A stretch of DNA of 64,000 bases, from positions 576,001 through 640,000 of the forward strand of contig JBGAON010000001.1 of the NCBI GenBank assembly GCA_044221725.1, in the 5' to 3' direction. The DNA comes from Elusimicrobiota bacterium (lineage in GTDB: Bacteria > Elusimicrobiota > Elusimicrobia > F11). Shown piece by piece: positions 57,731 to 64,000 of the stretch (position 1 is its first letter; each line of letters begins with the position of its first letter). The position numbers were made by a program, and so were the translations under genes. The notes beneath the pieces were generated by a model that ran no database searches, had not been told where the DNA came from, and saw only the letters and a program-made list of their open reading frames with translations.

Positions 57731-58451
57731 TAAACGCGTCATTTTCGCGATGGCGAAGCGCACGTTTCGCCAAGCGGTGGAATCGCCGATTGCCTACGTG
57801 GTGGCCATGCTGTTCTACGGATTCATCGGGAGTTTTTTTGGTCTCAACTACTTTTTGAACAACCAGGGTTCCATCGAGGGCGTGGCACAGATTGCGCCAT
57901 GGATTCTGTGGTTCGTAATCCCAGCGCTCACGATGGGGCTTATCTCTGAGGAGTTTCGACTTGGCACGTTTGAGCAGTTGGCCACGCTTCCGCTGCGCGA
58001 TTGGGAAATTGTTCTTGGAAAGTTTCTGGGTTTTGCAGGGTTGGTCGTTGCTCTGATTGCGGGTCTTTGTTTTTATTTGTGTGTTGTTGTTTTGACGGTT
58101 CAGAAAACTCCCGGCATCGACTGGGGAGCGACCTTCGGGGTCCTAATCGGTCTTTTGCTCGTGTGTTTGTCGTTTGGAGCCATGGGCATTTTCGCGTCAT
58201 CGCTCACCAAGAATCAAGTGGTCGCGCTCATTCTCGGAATGATTTTTTGCACAACGATCTTTATGCTGGGACAACTCTCGGGCGCTTTGCCGGGTCCCTT
58301 ATCGCGGCTTGCTGATTTTGTTGGGGTGCTCTCGCATCTCGAAACAGTGGCGCGCGGCGTGTTCGATTTTCGTGACCTGTTTTATTTCGTGTCGCTGATC
58401 TTTGTGTTCCTGTATTTCACGGTTCAGCGGCTCGCAACGAGGAGATTTTAA
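57723..58451 (+). CDS. ABC-2 permease (GldF-like)
   Basis: SPIAY, P.LTM....EE...GT.E.L.T.P, LT.NQ.VA. Confidence 0.85.
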   Translation: MLDKRVIFAMAKRTFRQAVESPIAYVVAMLFYGFIGSFFGLNYFLNNQGSIEGVAQIAPWILWFVIPALTMGLISEEFRLGTFEQLATLPLRDWEIVLGKFLGFAGLVVALIAGLCFYLCVVVLTVQKTPGIDWGATFGVLIGLLLVCLSFGAMGIFASSLTKNQVVALILGMIFCTTIFMLGQLSGALPGPLSRLADFVGVLSHLETVARGVFDFRDLFYFVSLIFVFLYFTVQRLATRRF

Positions 58452-58453
58452 TC

Positions 58454-59980
58454 GTGGCCGAATCTCACGTTCAGCAGAAGCGGCGCGAATTCAAAGTTTT
58501 CTCGTGGGCCGGGGCTGCGCTTGTTGCTGCAATTTTTATCGGTCTCAACTACATTGTGAGCTTTCTGCCGTTGCGACTCGATCTCTCTGCGGGCGGTGCC
58601 TATTCGATCTCGCGAGGTTCCAAAGAAATCCTCAGGAAATTGGACGACACACTCACGGTCAAAGTGATGTTTTCGGAGCAGCTGCCACCCGTCTACAAGC
58701 TGAATGAGAAATATCTCACCGATTTGCTCTTTGAATATCGCCGCGCGTCCGGTGGAAAGATCCATATCGAGTATATGGATCCAAGCCGATCCCAGAAAGA
58801 CAAGAGCGAAGCTCTGTCGAGCGGAGTGGCGCCGGTGCAACTGGATGTGCGCGAGCGGGATAGGCGTGAAGTAAAGGAATGCTTCATGGGCGTCGCGTTC
58901 TATTACGGCGACAAGCGCGAAGCGATTTCCGTTGTGCAGGATACCGACAATCTCGAATACGAAATTTCCGTGCGCATTAAGCGGCTTATTGATCCAACGA
59001 AATTATCGATTGGCGTGGTCACGAACGGCGAGGCGGAAACAATGGCCAGCAAATCGCTGGAATCGTTGGCGTCGCCGCTGCGTGAACTTTACGACATTCA
59101 AGAAATTGACCTAACACAGCCGCGACCGCTGCCCGTCAAAGCGCTGTGGATTATCGGTCCAGCAAAGCCGTTCGATGCACCGGCGATGGCGAATCTGCGG
59201 GCGTTCCTGAGCTCGGGCGGCGTGGTCGGCATCATGCTGAATCGGCAGTCGACGCCGATCGGACAATTTCGCGCGTCGCCGCTCGATCCTGGTTTTAACG
59301 ACTTCCTGGCCGAGTGGGGGCTTTCGCAACGCGCGGGACTTGTCGTTGATCCACGCTGTGACCGGATTCAGATTCAGGCCACCCAAGGCGCTTTCCGAAT
59401 GATCAATATTGTGGATTATCCGTATTTCCCGTGGGTTTCCGATTTGGACCGGAAACATCCGGCGACGAAAGGCTTGGACGGCGTATCGCTGCCGTTCGTA
59501 TCACCGATCGATATAAACGCGAAAGCAGGAATAACTTACACGGCGCTGGCGCGCACATCGAACTTGAGTTACCTGGACGAGCGGCCGATGGACTTAAATC
59601 CACTGCAGACGCGGGTTCCGCCGCTGGGGGCGCCCGGCGGCCCGTTCAATGCGGCCGTGTTGGCAGAAAAGGGAACTTCACGCTTGATTGTGATTGGCAC
59701 GTCCCACTTTATTGAGTCCGATTATCCGGCGCGTCCGACCAATTACAGTATGTTCGTTAATTTGTTGGATTGGTCCGTGCAGGATGAAGCGTTGATTCAG
59801 ATTCGCTCGAAAGGCTTTGCGCGGCGTCCGCTTCGCGAGCTGCCGCCGGGGCTGCACCTGGTGCTCAAATATTTGATGTTGTTTTTCCTGCCCATTGCGT
59901 CCGTGGTGATTGGACTTATTGTTTGGCAGCGTCAGAAAACTCGCCGTAGACTTTTACCGCTCGACTACCAGGAGAGTTAA
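58454..59980 (+). CDS. GldG-like ABC auxiliary protein
   Basis: R.DLS....YS.S..S..IL..L, LEY.I, N..DW and TM anchors at both ends. Confidence 0.8.
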   Translation: MAESHVQQKRREFKVFSWAGAALVAAIFIGLNYIVSFLPLRLDLSAGGAYSISRGSKEILRKLDDTLTVKVMFSEQLPPVYKLNEKYLTDLLFEYRRASGGKIHIEYMDPSRSQKDKSEALSSGVAPVQLDVRERDRREVKECFMGVAFYYGDKREAISVVQDTDNLEYEISVRIKRLIDPTKLSIGVVTNGEAETMASKSLESLASPLRELYDIQEIDLTQPRPLPVKALWIIGPAKPFDAPAMANLRAFLSSGGVVGIMLNRQSTPIGQFRASPLDPGFNDFLAEWGLSQRAGLVVDPRCDRIQIQATQGAFRMINIVDYPYFPWVSDLDRKHPATKGLDGVSLPFVSPIDINAKAGITYTALARTSNLSYLDERPMDLNPLQTRVPPLGAPGGPFNAAVLAEKGTSRLIVIGTSHFIESDYPARPTNYSMFVNLLDWSVQDEALIQIRSKGFARRPLRELPPGLHLVLKYLMLFFLPIASVVIGLIVWQRQKTRRRLLPLDYQES

Positions 59981-60922
59981 ATGGCCAAAAAATTCACAAT
60001 CCTTGCGGGAATTCTGTTTGTGGTCGTTGCCGCTGCCGTGTATCTCAGGTTTTTTGGTCGAACAATGTCCAAATCCGAAAATCCTCTCGCGAAATACAAA
60101 GTCGAAAAGATCAACCGGTTTTCGCTTGAATTTGCGGGGAATAGTTTTGAGTTTGAGAAAACCCCCGCCGGCTGGTTTGTGACGAAGCCATTGCGCGACA
60201 ATGCGGATGAAAAATATGTCGATGAGATTACGACAGCCATGCAGAGCGTGACCATTGGGAATCCCATCTCGGAGAATCCTTCGAAGCACGAGCAGTTTGA
60301 AGTAAACAAGGAACGAGGGGTTCATATGCAGGTGTTTGTTGAAGGCGAGACAAAGCCGGCGCTGGACGCTATCATCGGGAAAATGGCGGACACGTACGGG
60401 AAATCCTATTTTCGATTCGAAGGCAAGACGCCTGTTTTCATTGCCAACGGTATTGCTGATTTTTATCTGCGTCGCGAACTTAAGGGAATGCGCAGCAAGA
60501 AAATGTTGCCCAATTTAGCGGATGTCGAATCGTTAATGATTTCACACGAAAAAACCAATCTCGACTTGGTACGTTCCAGTGCGACTTGGACGCGTCGGAA
60601 TAGCTCCAATGTTATTGCTGCCAGCGTTATGCAGGGGTTGATTGAAAAACTCGATGGCCTGAGCGCCGTCGATTTTGTGAAGCCCGAGGGGCCAACGGAA
60701 ACGGATGGATATGGATTCGCAAAGCCTTTTCTGCACGTTACGGCCGTGATCTCGGGCCGAACTGCTTCTTTTGTGGTGGGAACAAAATCTCCAAGAAAGA
60801 ACCCGGAAGACGAGGCCGCCGTTTATCGATTTGCGAAGATTGATGGGCGGGACGCAATCCTCATTGTGCGGGAAGATTCGGTCACAGAGATCATAAAGGA
60901 CCTAAAGACGCTCGCCAAATAG
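59981..60922 (+). CDS. DUF4340-like periplasmic protein
   Basis: Follows the GldG-like gene; N-terminal TM; W....P....AD, YGF..P, G...P repeats. Confidence 0.65.
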   Translation: MAKKFTILAGILFVVVAAAVYLRFFGRTMSKSENPLAKYKVEKINRFSLEFAGNSFEFEKTPAGWFVTKPLRDNADEKYVDEITTAMQSVTIGNPISENPSKHEQFEVNKERGVHMQVFVEGETKPALDAIIGKMADTYGKSYFRFEGKTPVFIANGIADFYLRRELKGMRSKKMLPNLADVESLMISHEKTNLDLVRSSATWTRRNSSNVIAASVMQGLIEKLDGLSAVDFVKPEGPTETDGYGFAKPFLHVTAVISGRTASFVVGTKSPRKNPEDEAAVYRFAKIDGRDAILIVREDSVTEIIKDLKTLAK

Positions 60923-60930
60923 TCCGAGGT

Positions 60931-61008
60931 TGGGGTGACCAACGGGACTTGAACCCGCAGCCTCGAGGTCCACAACCTCGCGCTCTAACCAATTGAGCTA
61001 TGGCCACC
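60931..61008 (-). tRNA. tRNA-His (GTG)
   Basis: GGTGGCCATAGCTCAATTGG...TTGTGGA...GGTTCAAGTCC...GGTCACCCCA, with G-1 and encoded CCA. Confidence 0.95.
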
Positions 61009-61189
61009 AAATAAAAGCGCCGGTGAAAGCCAGGCTTTTCACCGGCGACGTGGCAGAGTGTAGCAAAACTTCCGCCGGGCAGAACGCGGTGAAGAGCGGT
61101 GGGCGCTAGTACCTTCAAAGATTTGGTGATTCGAATGTTGCTCAAAACCTCCTCAATTAACAGGTCGTTTTTTATAGGAGCCTTGGACC

Positions 61190-61218
61190 TTGACAATATA
61201 ACTATATAGTAATATGCT
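61190..61218 (+). promoter_or_regulatory. Sigma70 promoter with palindromic operator
   Basis: TTGACA-17 nt-TATGCT; ACTATATAGT palindrome in the spacer. Confidence 0.75.
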
Positions 61219-61230
61219 CAGTTGGTAATT

Positions 61231-61551
61231 ATGGCGATTCCTCTGGCTTGGATAAGAGCTTGTGCTAAAAATGAAGATTATGAAGTTTCTTCACATGCAG
61301 ACGATGAGGCTCAAGATGAGAACATTTCTATCGATGATATCGAGGCTGTATTAATGAACGGAGAAATTTTAGAACAGTATCAACCTGGGGGAAGGAGAAA
61401 AGATCCGTGCTGCTTATTGAGCGGAACTGGATTAGATAACCGGCCCATACACGTTGTTATTGCACAAACAAAGTATGGTATGAGAATTGTTACAACGTAT
61501 CTCCCAAAGCCACCACAGTTCATTGATCCAAAAACTAGGAGTAAAAAATGA
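61231..61551 (+). CDS. DUF4258 putative toxin
   Basis: S.HA..E......I...DI......GEI.E.Y, L..G.....PIHVV, IVTTY.P; alternative TTG start at 61222. Confidence 0.8.
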   Translation: MAIPLAWIRACAKNEDYEVSSHADDEAQDENISIDDIEAVLMNGEILEQYQPGGRRKDPCCLLSGTGLDNRPIHVVIAQTKYGMRIVTTYLPKPPQFIDPKTRSKK

Positions 61552-61793
61552 TTAAGAAATCCTACGCTGACTGCCATGTTTGTGGCGGAAAAGTAAAAGA
61601 GCAACACGTTGATAAAATTTGCCGACGTGGTGGCCAAATCATCGAAATTATTCAGAACGTTCCAGCAGGTGTTTGTGAGCAGTGTGGAGAGCGTTATTAT
61701 TCGGTTAAAGTATTGAAAGCCATTGATGCCTTAATTAGCTCGCATAAGATTTCTAAGCGTCGTATTGAAGTGCCTATCGTTGAATATGCCTGA
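61548..61793 (+). CDS. YgiT/MqsA-type zinc-finger antitoxin
   Basis: CHVCGG...NVPAGVCEQCGE. Confidence 0.85.
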   Translation: MIKKSYADCHVCGGKVKEQHVDKICRRGGQIIEIIQNVPAGVCEQCGERYYSVKVLKAIDALISSHKISKRRIEVPIVEYA

Positions 61794-62067
61794 GAGTCTT
61801 AAAAAGAAAACCCAGATGCCATTGTCCTCTTCGGTCCTGGATGCACTGATTGAGTTGCCGTTGTCTTCTCAGTTAGCTACTTTAAGGAAATTAAAGGGAA
61901 TTTCTCAGGAAAAAATGGCCTCGGATCTGAAGGTGAAACAAGGGTACTTGTCTAGACTCGAGAATGGACTTTCGGATCATCGCTTAAGCAGTTACCAAAA
62001 AGAAGCAAAGTATTTAGGCGTCAGAATTATTGCCTTGCCGTTTGGGGCTAAAATAGTTTCCAGATAA
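61786..62067 (+). CDS. XRE-family helix-turn-helix protein
   Basis: LRKLKGISQ..MA......Q.YLSRLENG. Confidence 0.8.
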   Translation: MPESLKKKTQMPLSSSVLDALIELPLSSQLATLRKLKGISQEKMASDLKVKQGYLSRLENGLSDHRLSSYQKEAKYLGVRIIALPFGAKIVSR

Positions 62068-62141
62068 TTTTCACCCGTCACTCAACCGTCACTGAAAAAG
62101 TGACCGGAAAATCTAGAGTGAAAATGACTGATAATCAGAAC

Positions 62142-62214
62142 GGGTCGCTAGCTCAACTGGCAGAGCAGGTCCCTCTTAAGGACAAGGTTGGGAGTTCGAT
62201 TCTCCCGCGGCCCA
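62142..62214 (+). tRNA. tRNA-Lys (CTT)
   Basis: GGGTCGC/GCGGCCC acceptor stem, CTCTTAA anticodon loop, GTTCGATT T-loop. Confidence 0.92.
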
Positions 62215-62524
62215 AGCTTCATTTTTACATGAAAAACCAGGTGGCACCCAATACCGCGCCACCTGGTTAGGTTTGACTATCGATTCGTTGCCGTAAAGTC
62301 GAAGTCCTCTATTTCTTTGTTCTTCGAGGAACTCCGTTTTTTGTTCGATTTTTTGTTGCCACCGCTCATTCGTTTCTTCGAACGGTGGGACGATTGATTC
62401 TTTCGCATAGATCCTCCTTCGATTTTTTTTGACGCTCCTTTTTGTTACGTGATCGTATATGGATAGTTCAGAGCCTGAGAATAGTTGTAACCGAGTGTTT
62501 CGCTCATCCATCTAACCGGTATGG

Positions 62525-63049
62525 ATGGAATTGTTCCCTATGAGTGAACTTTTGTTTGAAACATTGCAAAAGGACATTCGCACGCGGCAACAGCGCATCG
62601 AAAAGCTGGATACGAAGGTTCTCAAGTTCACGCGCGGCTTAATCCGAGACGAGACGAAGAATTACGAATCGTTGGTTGATAATGAGTACTTTTTAAAAAT
62701 TAGCCAACCCGGTTTTACGGAGCTTTCGACGCTTGATCAGCTGATGTATTTGGCGTTGTGGTTTTGTGAACGCAGTCGCAGCGCTTCAGATAATCGGTTC
62801 TCGTTCGAATGCCAAAAAGAAGTGAACGGACAGGTGGTGACATTCCTTGTGTCGTTGCAGATTGGGGAACAGAAATTTAACGTAGCTCTGGAATACGGCG
62901 CAAAAAAAGAAAAGCAAGAAACACTCGAAAAATCCGGTCTTCCTGTGCTGAACTACACGCCGATGGAATTGTGGCGCCGTCCACTGGAAATCGCCGAAGA
63001 GGTGTTTGATTTCTTGGATAAACTGGCGGAGTCCATATCTCCATCCTAG
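62525..63049 (+). CDS. Hypothetical protein with degenerate DUF559/restriction-endonuclease-like C-terminal domain
   Basis: Q.EV....V.FLV...VALE.G...G..VL.YT..ELW..P...AEEV. Confidence 0.5.
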   Translation: MELFPMSELLFETLQKDIRTRQQRIEKLDTKVLKFTRGLIRDETKNYESLVDNEYFLKISQPGFTELSTLDQLMYLALWFCERSRSASDNRFSFECQKEVNGQVVTFLVSLQIGEQKFNVALEYGAKKEKQETLEKSGLPVLNYTPMELWRRPLEIAEEVFDFLDKLAESISPS

Positions 63050-63055
63050 GACCCT

Positions 63056-63808
63056 ATGCCTGCCCATTTTTTTCTGATCGAAGACCTCGGGTTGTTTATT
63101 TCGAATCTCGAGTTGCGCGGTTATACGCGCGTGCGGTCGGATTCGTTGATCGAATATCATAAGACGATCTCGGGTGTATTGACGAAGTACTACGCGTATT
63201 CGTCGGTTGCCAGTCCGGACGCGCCCATCCAAGTTCGCGTGACGTACAAATTATTGGGCGATGGCAAGGCGCTTCAAAAGCTGGCCAAGAAGCTCAAGGA
63301 ATTAAACTACCGGTACCGCAAGACGTTGCCGGGCTGGAAAACAAAACGTGAACCATCCAAAAGGCGCCGAGATTTCCATTGGCACAATCTTGAATCCTTT
63401 TTGAATCATCACAGCGAACTGATCGCGTGTTTTAAGTACGAAGGCGACAATCGCCTCACCGAGGGAAATTATTCGTTTAATTTGCAGGTGGCGAGCACGC
63501 CCAAAGAGCAAGCGATTTGTCTCGACTTTATTCGCGCTATCGCCGAGGCGCACGCGCCGTACGGAATTGTTCGCCGACGCCGAGAGGCGGATCGCCCCAT
63601 ACAACAACGGAATGGCTGGATTCGCCGTTACGCGCAGTTGCACAAAAAGCGCGGCTGGGGCCCGCTTGAAATCGCGCGCGAGATTCAAAAGGAACTGCGC
63701 AACGGGACCTGGAACGAGCGCACGCGGTTTCAATTCAATATCGCGAACAACACGATCTGCAAAATTGCCGGACTAAAAATTCCTCGACAGCACTCCCACT
63801 TCAACTGA
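63056..63808 (+). CDS. Hypothetical basic protein
   Basis: 250-codon ORF with AGGA RBS, directly after 62525-63049. Confidence 0.6.
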   Translation: MPAHFFLIEDLGLFISNLELRGYTRVRSDSLIEYHKTISGVLTKYYAYSSVASPDAPIQVRVTYKLLGDGKALQKLAKKLKELNYRYRKTLPGWKTKREPSKRRRDFHWHNLESFLNHHSELIACFKYEGDNRLTEGNYSFNLQVASTPKEQAICLDFIRAIAEAHAPYGIVRRRREADRPIQQRNGWIRRYAQLHKKRGWGPLEIAREIQKELRNGTWNERTRFQFNIANNTICKIAGLKIPRQHSHFN

Positions 63809-63868
63809 CGAAGGCGACGAAATAGCGTTTTCGTTATTCGGTGGAAAATCAGCGACTAAACTGGTCGC

Positions 63869-64000
63869 ATGAAAAACCATCGAATGCTCTTCTCCCTGAT
63901 TCTCATAAGTGCCATCGGTTCGGTTCGAGCCGAAGATCTGCTCGTGGATAACTTCAATTATCCCGACGGCCTTATAACCAACGAATATGCGTTTTGGAAT
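63869..64000 (+). CDS. Secreted protein, partial (runs off the right edge)
   Basis: MKNHRMLFSLILISAIGSVRA-EDLLVDNFNYPDGLITNEYAFWN, open to the window end. Confidence 0.6.
   Translation, partial: MKNHRMLFSLILISAIGSVRAEDLLVDNFNYPDGLITNEYAFWN

Noticed and set aside
62075..62104. CCGTCACT direct repeats and GTCACT/AGTGAC inverted repeat as integrase arm sites
   Set aside because: Too short, and no integrase or att duplication of either flanking tRNA was seen.
62176..62511. 111-aa minus-strand ORF
   Set aside because: Runs antisense through tRNA-Lys and the hairpin at 62235-62268; no family recognised, though a degraded gene cannot be excluded.

Overview
Bacterial chromosomal window, probably from a diderm lineage such as Elusimicrobiota (an inference from the PorV-like barrels, FlgD/T9SS-like C-terminal domains, PilT and GldAFG-like genes). 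Left arm (1-13.7 kb): two paralogous cassettes, each a giant PKD-repeat surface protein plus a PorV-like barrel, flanking an NHL-repeat protein and tRNA-Leu. Centre (15.5-35.5 kb): a co-directional, largely translationally coupled run of acnA, DUF559, proA, nadD, yqeK, LCP, pilT, cNMP protein, rsfS, argS, bioB, fabG-like, fabF-like, bioF, bioD, a hydrolase, bioA and two diguanylate cyclases. Then cyclophilin, peroxiredoxin, a YdaL/YdaM-like exopolysaccharide operon, a phosphatase, ScsB/DsbD redox genes, ABC-F, a split MetE pair, rlmD, mfd, a GldAFG-like ABC system, tRNA-His, an AT-rich toxin-antitoxin islet and tRNA-Lys. Main candidate new system: an intact DUF559 endonuclease gene bracketed by 43-bp inverted CCCTCTCCC..GGGAGAGGG repeats. 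Copies of the repeat occur elsewhere in the window as a gene-less doublet that supplies a host gene's start codon and as in-frame insertions in acnA and mfd, an architecture like REPIN/RAYT but with a PD-(D/E)XK nuclease. Other highlights: a biotin operon with FabG/FabF paralogs and no bioC/bioW/bioI/bioZ in the cluster, a split MetE whose catalytic half has lost its zinc ligands, and a 9-codon CxC micro-ORF after the peroxiredoxin. All product calls come from motif recognition by eye; no database searches were run.
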